NCBI RefSeq assembly: GCF_006345805.1
Contig: NC_042998.1
Span: 60,574,001 to 60,638,000 of the forward strand
DNA: 64,000 bases
Source of the DNA: Octopus sinensis
Lineage: Eukaryota
Direction of reading: 5' to 3'
Below, piece by piece: positions 25,279 through 38,771 of this stretch. Position 1 is the first letter of the stretch. Each line of letters starts with the position of its first letter. The position numbers and the translations under genes are program-made. The notes below the pieces were generated by a model. The model was not told where the DNA came from. It did no database searches and saw only the letters and a program-made list of their open reading frames with translations.

Positions 25279-26325
25279 TATATATTAGATGTCATCAGTC
25301 ATGATTTTCTTTTTTCCACTTGTTTTATGGAAATCAGGGGGTTCCCCTTAACTACACCATACTGAATTTACTAGGTTAAAATAAACAATTGGGTGTGCAT
25401 TATATAACTCATAACATGTGTATATAATGTCCGGAGACCAGCATTCACAGAAAAGATTTCTTGTTCAGTATTTAAGAATTGTAGATACGATGTGAATGAT
25501 GTATAAAGCAGTATTTTTTTTTCTTTATGGCTTTAGTTTGGAGAAAAAGAACTGTGTCTATGACCTGTACAGGTCATTGACACAATTCCTGACATCAATG
25601 CAGTTGATATTTAGCTAAAAGTCAACATTGGCAGAAAAAAATGTTGGTAGGAAGCAGTTCCAGAGGTTTGACATTCTGGGGAAGAAGGACTGGATATAAA
25701 AGTTACTGTAGAACCTGGATGAAGAGATACAAAATGGGCAAGAAAAAATGAGAGATGGGTGTGTCAAGTGGGGTTGAGAATGTAGGTGCTAACTCTGAAA
25801 AACGGAAGCTATTGTGACAATAGTATTAAAAAAAGGCTGAGGATAAAATGCATCTGTGAGCTACAAGTTGGACAATCAGCTGGATATGGTCTAGGATGTT
25901 TATGTGTTTAAGTGTAATCAATTATGGACCTTGTTTGAGCTTTGAAGAGAATCAGCAACTGCTCAGATTTGAGGAATTTTCTGGCTCTGAAGAGGAAGGA
26001 TAATCTTATGGATGAAGATTTTACTTGTTTGTGAATGAGATTGCCCTGAGAGATCTTCAGTGATTACAATGCCTAATGTTTGTAATGACTTCACACTGAG
26101 TGAAAAATCAGTGACTTTGTTTACATTGTCCAGCAATGCATAGTTTCAGCTTTCATTGTATGAGGACCAGTAGCCTATACAAAACATTTCCTTTGAAAAC
26201 AGGTTATGAATAGGTTACAGGAAGAACATCAAGATATAGATAATCAGCCTTGGCAAATTTCATTTAATCCATGCTAACATGGAAAAACCGGTGTAAATCT
26301 GATCAAATATACAAATATATGTATA

Positions 26326-27324
26326 CCGTAAAAACCCATGTAATTTACGCACTTTTTCACAAAAGTAAAAATAAACTTTAGTGGGTGTGTAAATTACATG
26401 AGTAGATTGTTTCCAGAATTTGTTTTGAAATTTTATTTTTTTTGTTGAAAAAAGACGTACAAAACGTAAAAATTCATACCAGAAGTTGACTCATTTAATG
26501 TCAGAATAGGTTTCTACAGAAAAAATAATGGCTTAAATACGCATAATGAAGTTGACTTTTATTTATACTGGACGGTATAATGCTTACTTTTTCTGTATAA
26601 ATTTACTAAAACCACTAGATGGTTAACTAGTTTTTGAAGTCTGACATTCATGCTGGTAAACACGGTCTGGGCCATATTTTACATTGCTTGGAATTTCTAC
26701 CTATCGCAATGGAGCACATATTTAATTTCTCCTTCGCAGTAAATGATTCATAAGTTCTACCCAACTGACAATAATGGTAATGTCAAATTTTAAAGTTTGC
26801 TTGACATTTAATAAGTGTGAAAGGGATTAAAATTTCAATACTCTGTATCAAAGGTTCCGGCAAGAATAGGCAAATCAGCTTGATCTGTCACCTTCCTCTA
26901 TCAGTTGAGTAAAGTGTCATCCAAGCTGATGTTTGTTAATTAATTTGCAACACCTGTGCATATTTATCAGCTTTTCCTGTGATCGTGATTTGAGAAGACA
27001 TACAGCAATATGCTAAAAATTGGACATAATCTCTTATGGACAAGAAATGTAAAATAATGTTTATTATAAACAACACAAAGACTTAGTAATTTAATAGCTT
27101 TCAATGTGATACTTGTTAAACAGAAATTATTTTTATTTAATGAAAATTTAATAAAATCTAATCAGAAGTAAGTCAAATTATGCTTAATACAACTAAACTA
27201 AAAACCTTTTTCCCATGTTGGCCATTCTCAAAACTTCTAGGTGCGAATTTTGCATAAGTAGAAGTTTTTTTTTAACAAATTTTATCCTGAAAATCACCTG
27301 CATAAACTACAAGGGTTTTTATGG
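26326..27324. mobile_element. Tc1/mariner-superfamily (pogo-like) non-autonomous element
   Basis: TA|ccgtaaaaacccatgtaatttacgca and, on the other strand, TA|ccataaaaacccttgtagtttatgca; TA on both flanks; 999 bp. Confidence 0.7.
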
Positions 27325-27457
27325 TATAAATGTGCATGTGTGTGTGTGGTGCAATGTGAAAGCATCTAGCTCAAGAACACAATGCACAGCCTAGTCCAGG
27401 AATTGAAACCACAACCTCACAATCGTAAGCTTGACACATACACATATGTGTGTGTGT

Positions 27458-27785
27458 GAAGCTGCATAGCTCAGTGGTTAGGGTGCCATGCTTACAACCG
27501 TGAGGCTGTGAGTTCGATTGCTGAACTAGGCTGTGCATTGTGTTCTTGAGCCAAACACTTTATTTCACATTACTTCAGTTCATTCAGTTGTTGAAATGAG
27601 TTGTGACATCACAGGTGCCAAGCTCTATCGGCTTTTGCCTTTCCCGTGGCATGGAGAGGGGAGGCTGGTACACATGGGCAACTGCTGGTCTTCCATAAAC
27701 AATCTTGCCAGACTTGTGCTCAGGAGGGGAACTTTCTAGGTGCAATCCCATGATCATTCATGATCGAAGGTAGTCTTTATTCCTT
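27458..27785 (+). mobile_element. tRNA-derived CORE-type SINE (family E)
   Basis: A-box tagctcagtggttag, B-box gagttcgatt, tgttcttgagc CORE-like segment, tail ctaggtgcaatcccatg...tcttta; reverse copy at 36724-36990. Confidence 0.8.
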
Positions 27786-28080
27786 TTGTGTATATATATA
27801 CATATACATACAAACATATATATATATATATATACTTTATTAAAAAGCAGCAAAAATATCACAAAAATTGTTACTCAGAGTTTCACATTCTCGTTTGTCA
27901 GACAAGTTTGTTTAGAAACAAAACTGTCCGATGAATGGGAACATGAAACTCTGAGTAACAGTTTTTGCGATATTTTTGCTGCTTTTTAATAAAGCATATT
28001 ACTCTACCTCTGATATTCGAGTACTATTTTTTTCACCTTGCTTCATATTTATGTGCTTACTCTGGTGTATATATATATAT

Positions 28081-28324
28081 GTCACATAAAAAGCACCAAC
28101 CGATCATGCCCGTGCCAACATCTCCTGGCTCCTGTGCCGGTTGCACATAAAAAGCACCGACTACACTCACAGAGTGGTTGGCATTAGGAAGGGAATCCAG
28201 CTGTAGAAACACTGCCAGATCAGACTGGAGCCTGGTGCAGCCTCCTGGCTTCCCAGACCCTGGTCGAACCGTCCAACCCATGCTAGCATAGAAAACAGAT
28301 ATTAAACAATGATGATGATGATGA
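28081..28324 (+). mobile_element. RTE 3' end (family C)
   Basis: gtggttggcattaggaagggaatccagctgtagaaac and (GAT)n tail. Confidence 0.85.
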
Positions 28325-28554
28325 TATATATATGATATTTGCTTTTGTGCTTGTGTTGTAATTCTTATCATTTTTTATAAAAAGATACCATTTCCCAATA
28401 ACTGATTCTTGTGAAAGCATGTAGAATGTAATGCTTACAAAAAAGAGCTTGTGATAATCATATTTACTAACTTATATCTCTGCATAGATATATGGCTAAT
28501 CATCCTGAAACATGGAAATGTAGTTATAGCTTCTATTACTACTGCTCCTACTAC

Positions 28555-28585
<31 letters not shown>

Positions 28586-29449
28586 TTCTCTTCTTTCTTT
28601 AACAAACAAACTGTTTTTTTCTTGTCTGTTCTTAGTTGCAGACTATACTCAGGTAACTGAAATTCCTTTATAGCCAATATCCTGAAGAAATTTTCATTTT
28701 AAATGCTAATACATCTTAATACCACAAGTGTCAATAATAATAACTAGCAGTACCTATAGAAATTCCATGATAAATATGAAATGTTTTAGATGATTGGAAG
28801 TTTATACAGAGCCATAAAAATGTATGCTTCCTTTGAAATTGTGTATTCTGCATTATTTTCATTCCAAAAAAAACAAAACCTTTCAGTTCTTCTGGATAAG
28901 ACTGTAATTAAGGGAGCATGAATTAGCCATTCTCTCAGTAGTTCAGAGATTCAGTTATAAATCTAAAGGCTTCACTATAATTACTGAGAATATTCATGTC
29001 ACCAATGTTGTAACTTTCAAGGAATTACAACCGTGTTCCGTGGTCTGCTACTACAACAGCTCCTTTATAGGATCCAGTTAGCACAAGACATCATCAGGAG
29101 GAACCACGTCTGGTTTCAGCCCCTACTCCTCTACTGTTTTGCTGTGGCGGGGACCCCGCTTTTGGAGGTGTCTTCAGCTCTCGTGTTGGGTGCATGTCTT
29201 CTTTCTTATATTCCCTGGCCTCTTCGCTGTATCGTCAGCTGGTGACTGACTGACTTGTCAAACTTTTCCCTTTAAATACCTGCCGCTAGGGTCCAGCAGG
29301 CAGCCCCAGCAAGTTGTCACATGATACTTTCTCACCTTAACTGACTAGTGAAGGCTCATAGTCTTAGCCCGTGCATTCTTTAAACGACTGTCACCTGTCA
29401 GTCAGTGAAGCTGATTCAGTGTCAGCTTGTCTCACCTAGTGATGTTATT

Positions 29450-29830
29450 TCCTGCCGGCATGTTATGACTTTCAAGCCATCATTCTTGCTACCTCGTTGT
29501 CAAATTTTTTATAACTCACTGCGTCATTTGCTTTTGGCCACTTAATCTTTGTCCTCTTCACACCTATCAGTCTTTTTGACTGATCCAATTCAACTGTTGA
29601 ATGAACCTTGCTATGGTTATTTTCCAGGGGGTTCTGGCCAAACGTCTTATGGTTTATCAACCCACGTTGTTGAAATACTTTCTTCTGACACACCTTCCCT
29701 TGGTGGATTCTCAGCCTGATGTAACTAGCAAACACCTTTCCACAGCAGCTGAACTCCTCATCTACCATTCCTATACCGTTTCCTTTGTCATTTTCCATTT
29801 CCGGTCCAAGTCCATTTCGTTTTTTTCTGT
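29450..29830 (-). mobile_element. N-terminal fragment of an R2/NeSL-group (HERO-like) non-LTR retrotransposon
   Basis: ORF 29472-29798 has a zinc-finger-like CCGKVFASYIRLRIHQGKVC and KIKWPKAND...KFDNEV, motifs I recall from HERO-type ORFs; no RT follows. Confidence 0.6.
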
Positions 29831-31314
29831 CCCTATTTGATCCTTTTTTTTGTTGACATTCTTTCTCATTTTCATTTTCTAATCTATCTGGAACTCATTC
29901 TCTTATCTGTTGTAAATACTAACTGTATTCTCTTTGATTCATATTTTCCCTTCTACATGCTTCTTCTACTCCCTTGCTTGTTGTAGTGATTCGACCCTGT
30001 TTCTTTTCACACCATTGCCTATGCCATCTCATTCTCTCTCTTGTTAGCTTACTTTGTGTGTCATTCATATTTTTATTAGTAAATATCAATTTTCAAGCAA
30101 GCAGATCATAAATAATTAAACTTATACATATCCATTAAATGATAGGTGATATAAAAAATTTAGTTCAATAATAAAAAAAAAATACACTTTTCACCATCCA
30201 CTCACTACTACCACCTCCACTATCATCATCACCATTATCGCTACCACCACCACACCACCACCACCACCACTCTAGTTTTCAGTAACAAAGCTCAATCTAA
30301 GTTGTTGCCAATCAAGATTATTTTCATTTCATTTCATTTCAGTTGTTTGTTACATATCTACTTTTCTCGCTGTTGATGTTTCTTTTTGCTCCTCAGATTT
30401 AAAAAAAATAACATCCACTTATTTTGCTTAGTTATTTCACTTTCATTGAAAAATCTGTATCTATCATAAGCTTTCTGTCTACCGTTGACTTGTACATGCA
30501 TTTGTTTATGTGAATAGATAAATAGATTGACAGATAGAAGATATAAAAGACTGAATAGTAAAATGGTATTTTCGTGTCAGTCACTATAATATATGACGTT
30601 TAAAATTTCCCTCTGCTAAACACTTTATATTTCTTTCTCTCTTTTTCTCTCTACCTCTTACTTCAACTAATTTTTAACCATGTCATTTCTCTCTTCACAT
30701 CATTATCATTTCTCTTTTTCTGTTCATCTCTCACTTCCACTATGTCACAGCATATTACATCGGCTGGCATAGTGTCACTACTCGCTCTCTCTTTATCTGC
30801 CTCTCGCTCTCAATATAACTGCCAATGTACTCTCTCAATCTGCTTTTCCACTAGAGTATCACTACTCTGCTAAAAATTGTATTTCTAACTCACATCATTA
30901 ACTCTTCTCTTTCCCTCTTTAACTCTTGCTTTTCACCTCTTCCTTCAATTAACCATGTGACAGCATGATGCATTCGGCCTTAGCTTATTAATATATAGAT
31001 AATAATTGTTTCTGGTATTTAATTTTTTTTTTTAGCGTAGGCATTAAATGGCGTCAAAAAAGAATCAGCCATCCCTAATATGGGATGAGATTTCAAATTT
31101 ACTTAACATTCATTTCTTAAAATTCCTATTATTCTATTTTTATGTTCTCTTTTCAAATTTACCATATGTATATATATATATATATATGTATGTATATATA
31201 GTTTTTGATTGAATTTTAATGAATTTAATTTCTTGTATTTTATTATACAGTACCTTTCTTAATATTGCATATTTCTCTATATTGTTATACTTTTCTTTTC
31301 TTTTTATTCTTCAG

Positions 31315-31413
31315 TTCCCAGAACTGAGTTCAGGAAATGTTTGTATTGCTAATGTTGATAAAATCAACCAGATGGTAAAGAAATTCATCTCAGATGGACC
31401 TGATAAGTTGCAG
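31315..31413 (+). CDS. NT5C3: NT5C3 coding exon (FPELSSGNVCIANVDKINQMVKKFISDGPDKLQ)
   Basis: tcttcag| ... CAG|gtatac; aligns with human [33 protein letters not shown]; phase 0/0. Confidence 0.93.
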
Positions 31414-31562
31414 GTATACCAGATATTCTCACTTTCTCTTCATGTATCTTCGTATAAGGCACAAGGGTTCCAAGGCTAAATTACTGAACTATTTACCCTT
31501 GGATTATGCATAAGCCCTGGGTAAATAATCCAATACCTTAACCCTTTTAGTCAATATCTTAA

Positions 31563-31757
31563 GCCGTTTGGTACCAATTCACCTGAGGCACCTCATATTT
31601 ATGATTCAAACTTTCTGTTTAAAGTAATCTAAATTAAAACCTTCCCTCCAATTTTCAAACCCCAGCTCAATAATGACAATGTCATTTTACTGAATTCTTC
31701 ATTATTTTAAAATTATCAACAGCAATGTATTTCAAAAGAAATATGGTTACAAAAGGT
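31563..31757. mobile_element. piggyBac-like MITE, decayed
   Basis: TTAA-flanked, ends aaaaggt|ttaa; a related remnant lies at ~7180-7410. Confidence 0.45.
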
Positions 31758-34441
31758 TTAACACAGCAACTTTTGTATTGTGAAGTACATTATTCTTAGG
31801 TTACCCAATTAACTTGCCTGCAGTTGATGAATAGTGGACCTAAATGAAAGGGAACATGCATAATATTGTTCTCCATGGAGACAATTTAGATTAACTACAT
31901 ACTGGAATCTCTCTCACGGTCAGTCATAAATCTCCTTAAAAGACTTCTACTTAAAAGTGTAGGACTGTCTGTGAAACAAGGCTAATGTAAGATGTCTGAT
32001 GACCAGTCTATAAAGTGAAAAAAAAAAGAGAGATAATGATTTAAAATTTTTTCGTATTCCTTCATCTTTATGGATTTGCTCTAAGTTATTTGTTTGTGTA
32101 AACGCAGTTTGTTCCAAATATGCCGGCAGTGCTCCACTGTGACCCCTACTCAAGCTTTCAGAGGCCAGTAGCTAATTAAGGCTGAAAGTACTTTGTCACT
32201 CTGCAGTTTTGGCACTCCTCCGTGTATGAGTTTTCCCATGAGGAATCATAAATGATTGTGACACTTACAGTAACTTGATGCTTTTGCTTGTGTGTTGCTC
32301 ACTCATGGAGATAATGTATTGCAAAGTTTGTTTCATTGATATGTGTGTAATGATTGCGTCTTTGTGCAAAAGAAAACTAGGCTGCAGTCTATTGAAAGGT
32401 GTTTTCAAGAATTCTGTTTAAGGAGGCAGTACCATTCTGGCATTAGATACCTAGATTTAATGTGGATGTTTCATGTGTATGAGTAAAGTTAAGAAGTGAA
32501 GTGTAGTGTTCTTCATAGAAATGTATGCTATGTGAAATGACATCATCACCATCATCAACCCTTGAACATTACTGTCTCAAGTCCCTAGGACTCATAAGGC
32601 TGGTTACTTGGTTTCCATGGCATATAAGTGACCACAATCTCAACAGTACCACTGAATAGGATGCCAGTTCATCACAGGGTTACACATTTACAAATGAGTG
32701 GACTGGAGCAACTTGAAATGAAGTGCTTTGCTCAAGAACACAACACACTACCTGGTTCAGGATTTGAAATCATGATCTTGTGATCATTAGTGCAGTAACC
32801 TGAAAAATTTTCCCACATGCCTTCACTTTTTAAAGTGACAGCAAGCATGTTATTAATGAACAGAAAGAAGTGTATGTGTATACATTGGAGTATACCAGAG
32901 TTGTTGGAGTATAAATAGTAGAATACACCATCAGCCACAGTTACAAAGTGGTGTGGCATGAGATGAGAAACAATTTTCTCTCATCAGACAACGTCAATGA
33001 CTCTTTTGTTATTAACAGCGATAACAAGTCTTTTTGCCAAAGTACTCAAAGGAGAAGACCAATAGTGTATGGTATAAGAAAGCATGTCTCTGGCAGATAT
33101 GGTTCTATGGAAACCACACTGATCATTGAGGGGAGAGAGAGAGAGAGAGAAACTCAAACTGATAAAGGAATTAATTGTTTATAATATTATTGATATCTTA
33201 GAGATGTTGAATTTTAGTGAGCAATAAGTTAGTAGTTGGCCGGGTCTGAGCATTTATCTTTCTTGAAAGTAGAACACACTTGAGCATGGTTTCATAGACT
33301 GAGATAGATTCTTGCAGAGAAAGAAAGATTGAAGAGTTTAGTCAAAATTAAACTTATCACCTTGTACTTGAGGAACAGAGAAGTTTCCCATTTGTGAGTT
33401 GCATGTATGTGCTTGTCAGAACTATAAAATGCAGAAGATAGTTTAGGAGAACTTTGCATTTCATGTGTATGGACTTTGAATTAACATGGATAGAAAATAC
33501 TAGCTTTATCTGTGAAAGTACTTAAGAGCCATCTTGGTAGAGAAGTAGTAGGTAAGATTCCACAGACTGCCTTGGCAATGAGTTAGAAAGCTTTGCTGCA
33601 TTTTGGGATACACCTTTTGCTTTCTTGAGGATTATTTTCCAGGCTTTGAAATAATATCCTGGGTGATTTCAGTTACCAACTTAAGTGTCTCAGATAAATG
33701 AATCACATCTAGGACTAGAGAGGTTGTCTTGTATAGCTCAGAGCTTCCTCTCTTCTGAGCTAGGTGTTTGCTCCTAGACATTTCTTTGATATTTGATTGC
33801 AAATTTACAAAGCTTCCAAAAGACAGAACAAAAGAAAGACTACAACAGGAAACAGAGGGCGAGGGAAAGAGAGAGAAAGAGATGAGAGGATTGTAGAGAA
33901 AAGAAAGAAACTAGAAGTGGAAAGGGTTTTTATTTTACCATTTAGTCAGAAGAGTAAAGATAAGAAACACAAAAAGTGAAATTCAGATATCCTGGGTTTC
34001 CTGGCTGAGTTATTGAATCCAGATACAACAACTAACATTCTACCCCTAGGTACCCCAAGAAGAGACATAGAACAACACTTTCAGTGTCAATATGGAGACT
34101 TAGGAGGATGCAAACATCAACTACAACATTAGATGGAAGATCCTTTCTAAGACCAAGCCTTATGTTAATGGGTTAGAGAGATGTTCTGTATGCTCCCTTG
34201 AAAAACCTGTTTCTTTTAAAGGGCCTCCAGGAACTGTATGAGTACCAAAAGCGCGATTTTTTCATCATATTGACAGCCAAGCCTTATATGAAGTTAAAAT
34301 TTATTGGAGAAAATTAGCTTCAAAAATTATATGACATCTGTTGTAAACAAACTGATTATGCGTAATTACGTAAATTATTTATTCCTCTTCATGTCTTTTG
34401 TTTGCCCTCAACACAGTAACTTTCTTTCTTGTTTCTTACAG

Positions 34442-34511
34442 ATTGTAACAGACTTTGACCAGACACTAACCATGCATTCATATCAAAACAAACGATGTGA
34501 TTCATGTCATG
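34442..34511 (+). CDS. NT5C3: NT5C3 coding exon with HAD motif I (IVTDFDQTLTMHSYQNKRCDSCH)
   Basis: ttacag| ... G|gtgagt; DxDxT catalytic motif; human [23 protein letters not shown]; phase 0/1. Confidence 0.97.
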
Positions 34512-34689
34512 GTGAGTATTATTCTTATTATTATATTCACAAATTAATTGTTGATAACCTGTGTATGATTGAATCAAGAAGGTTTTAAGAATCTTTTTTT
34601 TTTCCATATCCTAATTGGTTTTTGTCAGTGTTGAGAAAACTCACCCACCACAGCAGAATTGAGATCCTAAAACCAAGGTTCCAAGTAAA

Positions 34690-34895
34690 AAGCATTGGTG
34701 TGGATGCTGGTGCCACATAAAAAGCACCCAGCACACTCTGTGAAGTGGTCAGCAGTACGAAGGGCATTCAACCACAGAAACCAAGTCAAAACAGACTAAG
34801 GAATTTGGTGCTGCCCCTGGCCTTGCCAGTTTCTGTCAAGCCATCTAACCCATGCCAGGAAGGAAAACAGATGTTAAATGTTGGTGATGACGATG
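34690..34895 (+). mobile_element. Decayed RTE 3' end (family C)
   Basis: gccacataaaaagcacc ... gaagggcattc ... gatgacgatg tail. Confidence 0.7.
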
Positions 34896-35139
34896 AGAGA
34901 GAGACTATTTCCACCTACCTCTGTATAATGTGTGGTAGTCATGTATCCCTTCCATAGTAAGAGACACTTATGCTTGTGCCTCTGTCATACCTTAGTCTTC
35001 CAACATTTAGTATAAAACCACTTCCCCTACTCCAGTTCTTCCAACCTCCCCACACATTTGGTGGTTGAGTTTTTTTCTTCTCTTTTCTCCTTTACTGCTT
35101 TGCAAGTTCCATAGCAACTTCACTAATGCAAGAAAAAAA

Positions 35140-35315
35140 GCACCTCTGTACACTCTGTAAAAAGGAGCTTGCATTAGGAAGGAAATCCAACCACAGAAGC
35201 CATATTAAAGCTGATACGGGAGCTAAGTATAGACCTGCTGCTTGCTGGATCCTGTCAAACAGTCTAAACCATACCAGCATGGAAAATGGAAATTGGACAT
35301 TAAATGATGATGATG
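35140..35315 (+). mobile_element. Decayed RTE 3' end (family C)
   Basis: gcattaggaaggaaatcc ... ccagcatggaaaatgg ... (GAT)n. Confidence 0.65.
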
Positions 35316-35974
35316 ATATGTATGTGTGTGTATGTGGTGAGGACTGATCTTAGGATGTTGGGGCTCTCAGAGGAAATGGCAGTAGACCAGGACATTTTAT
35401 GTGAGGTCCTAGGGAAGACACATCCATGAAACTGAGTGCTTGAAGAATTGTGCTCCACCCACATGTAACAACACACTTTCCCCCACTCTACCCTAAGAAA
35501 TCAAACTACAACTCCTCTTCTAATTGCATGTTTCTCTTCCTCACATTTCCTCTTCAAAAATTATGATTGTTTTCCAATTCCCTTTCTTGCTCTCCCTGCT
35601 GTGCTCTCTGTATCACTGCTCCCCACACCCCCACCCTATTTTTCTAACCAGGTTCTACGCTCATATTCTTCTTACTTGTGAGTATACCCTAGCACTAGAC
35701 CATCTCTCTTCTGCTCTCTCTTAAACTTTTTCTGTTTCCTACTCTCTCTCTCACCATGTACCTCCTCTATGTCTAGACACCTATTTCTGCTTTTCTATTT
35801 CTCTGTTACACTCTAACCTTTCATCATTTGATACTGGGTCACTTCCTCTGTTGTGGCAAGACACCTGCTTCTTTCTCTCTGTCTCTTTGTCACACTCTAA
35901 CTTTCATCCTCTGACACAAATGTCCTGCTCCTCTCATAATTCCTTGTCTTGTGAGTTACTTGGTTACCCTGCAC

Positions 35975-36255
35975 GTACTGGTGCCACGTTAAAAGCATCC
36001 AATCCACACTAATGTGGTTGGCGTCTGGAAAGGCACCCACCTGTAAAAATCTTGCAAAAACTAACTTTGCCTGTGCTAGTGCCACATAAATAGCACTGAG
36101 TCCACTCTGTGGATTGGTTGGTGTTAGGAAGGCCATCCAGCTGTAAAATTGCTGCCAAAACAGACTCAGTAGCCTTGGGTACATTTTCTACCTGGCTGGC
36201 TCCTGTCAACCATCCTACCCATGCATGCATGAAAGATGGACGTTTAATGATGATG
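35975..36255 (+). mobile_element. Decayed RTE 3' end (family C)
   Basis: ggttggtgttaggaaggccatccagctgtaaa ... ggacgtttaatgatgatg. Confidence 0.7.
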
Positions 36256-36364
36256 ATATGTGTGTCTGTCTGTATGTATGTATGTATATGTTTATATGTG
36301 TGTGTGTATATATGTTTATATATATGTGTGTGTGTTTATCTGTCTGTCTACCTATCTATCTTGT

Positions 36365-36629
36365 TGTGTCTGGGGAGGAGTCATTCTCTTTTAGTGCCTT
36401 ATAATGTAACACACTCACCAGTAAAGTTTCCACTCATTTACTTATTTATTTTTCTAGAATTTTCGTTGCATCTTGTAACATTTTCTATAGTTGTTGACTC
36501 TCAATGACTATTGAAAAGCTTGCAAGACGCAACGAAAATTTTAGGAAAATAAATAAGTAAATGAGTAGAAACTTTACTGGTGAGTGTGTTAAATAAGGCA
36601 CTGAAAGAGAATGGCTCTCCTCAGGCACA
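36365..36629. mobile_element. ~265-bp palindromic MITE-like element
   Basis: Arms pair almost to the centre (ttga-ctc-tcaa at 36494-36504). Confidence 0.85.
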
Positions 36630-36723
36630 ACAAAATTTCCTTCTACACATGAACTCACATGAAAAATCTTGGAAACCAAATCCCAAAACGAAAAATCTTT
36701 CTATCTTTATATATATATATATA

Positions 36724-36990
36724 TATAAAGGGTAAGGTAAAGACCCCCTTCGGTCATGAATGACCATGGGATTGCACCTAGAAAGTTACCCTCCTAGACA
36801 CAAGTCCGGGCAAGGTTGTTTATGGAAGACCAGCAGTCGCCCATGCATACCAGCCTCCCCTCTCCACGCCACCAGTGTTATCCAAGGGAAAGACAAAGGT
36901 CGATACAGCTTGGCACCAGTGACGTCGCAACTCATTTCTACAGCTGAGTGAACTGGAGCAACGTGAAATAAAGTGCCTTGCTCAAGAACA
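36724..36990 (-). mobile_element. Family E SINE (3' part)
   Basis: Reverse complement of the body and tail of 27458-27785; retains more CpG than that copy. Confidence 0.8.
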
Positions 36991-37032
36991 CGTGTGTGTG
37001 TGTGTATGTATATGTATGTATATATGTATATA

Positions 37033-37358
37033 TCATCATCATCATCATCATTTAATGTATGTTTTCCATGCTAGCATGGGTTGGACGTTTCGACCGGGGT
37101 CTGGTAAGCCATGGAGGCTGCACCAGGCTCTAGTCTGATTTGGCAATGTTTCTACAGCTAGATGCCCTTCCTAATGCCAACCACTCTGTGAGTGTAGTGG
37201 GTGTTTTTTACGTGCCACTGGCATAGGGGCCAGAGCAGGCTGGCAAATGGCCACGATCGGTTGGTGCTTTTACGTGTCACCGACACAGACGCCAGTCAGG
37301 CAGCACTGGCATCTGCCACGTTCGGATGGTGCTTTTTACGTGTCACTGGCACGGGTGT
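37033..37358 (-). mobile_element. RTE 3' end (family C)
   Basis: (CAT)n on the + strand, shared tail and three internal repeat units. Confidence 0.85.
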
Positions 37359-37359
37359 C

Positions 37360-37408
<49 letters not shown>

Positions 37409-37641
37409 TGTCAATGAAGGGCTGCACTTGAAATGTTACTCACCTCCTTTTGCAACACACAAACTTCTCACCTTATTTTTACAAATAAATTTCTATTTTG
37501 TTTGCATTAGTTCACTACAATTTGTGTTTGCTTTGTTTGTTTCTTTTCGTTTTTTTTTTTCTTTGTGGTGGAATTCTAGAACTGCATAGATTCCTCTTTT
37601 CTGTTGATGTCCTTCCAAAACAAAACTATTCTGAAGTGGAG

Positions 37642-38575
37642 AATAATAATAATAATAATAATAATAATTGTGTACAGTGCTCAGGTGCACTACAACTCAT
37701 CTAAAGTGTATATATAATCAGGTGTAGTTTCGGCAGATTTCGAAAGCATGAGGGCCTTAAAGATGCAGTGTCATGGCATCAACAACTGACGCAGGCAGTT
37801 ATTCCATGCTTCAGCAACTCTGAGCGTGAAAAAATGTTTCCGAAAGTCATGGGAGCTGTATTGTTTTCTGACTTTGTAGGCATGTCCACGTGTGTTAGAC
37901 ACATGGAGATCAAAAAGGTGTTCAATGTTGTTGTTGGTGAGGTGGTTTATAACTTTGTGGGTGTTTACCAAGTCCGTCGCCAAACGCCGGAGCTTCAGTG
38001 AATCCATGCCCAGGGAAACAAGGCGCTCAGAATATGGTAGGTGTCTGATGGAGGGTATGCTTTGGTTGCACGTCTCTGGACAGATTCCAGGAGGTCATGT
38101 TCTGTGCAAGATAGGGGTTCAAACTGATGATGCGAATTCCAAGTGTGGTCGTACCATAGCTGTTACAGTTTTAAATAGATGGCTGGAGAGCGGCTAACAA
38201 AAGACCTGCTGAGTGATGCCAGACACCCTCGGCCTTCCTGACAATCTTAGAGATATGCTTTGACCAACGCAAATCACTGCTGACAGTGATGCCTAGGTCA
38301 CGCTCGCAAGAGGATTTCTTGATATCAGTGTTGTGAGGGAGTATGTGAACGCAGGTTTTTTCTCCCAAAATGCATGGTGGTACACTTGTCCCAGCCAGTT
38401 TCAGTTGCCAGTCTGTGATCCATTGCTGCATTGTGTCTAGGTCTGATTGCAGGAAAGAGTTGTAGACATCAGGATCTGTCCTCTTGATTTCAAGGTACAG
38501 CTTGATGTCGTCTGCATATTTCAATACTGTGGCATTCTTTAATGACTTAATCCTGCTGTGAATATTTGCAAAATC
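37642..38575 (-). mobile_element. 5'-truncated CR1-like LINE (RT)
   Basis: KYADDIKLY (YADD at 38507-38518), LQSDLDTMQQW, NTRGHAYKV...FFTLRVAEAWN; (ATT)n tail; frameshifted. Confidence 0.92.
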
Positions 38576-38724
38576 TCTGGAACTATGTAACCGTATCAAA
38601 AAAAAAATTATGTAAAAATTACTAAAGGTTTTAAGGGACACAGAAAAAGCTTTTAGTTTTTATTTGAATTCCCTAATTCTTTGACAAACTTAACAGATTA
38701 TTTTCATTCCCTTATTTTCCATAG

Positions 38725-38771
38725 GTGTCCTGGATAATAGTTCATATCTGCCAGATGATTTCCGTGTAAAG
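38725..38771 (+). CDS. NT5C3: NT5C3 coding exon (G-VLDNSSYLPDDFRVK)
   Basis: ccatag| ... AAG|gtaaaa; phase 1/0 joins both neighbours; human NIIDNCKLVTDECRKK. Confidence 0.92.

Noticed and set aside
27458-27530. tRNA-like sequence; also the heads at 51114 and 52146
   Set aside because: SINE heads: no closed cloverleaf, and they continue into SINE bodies.
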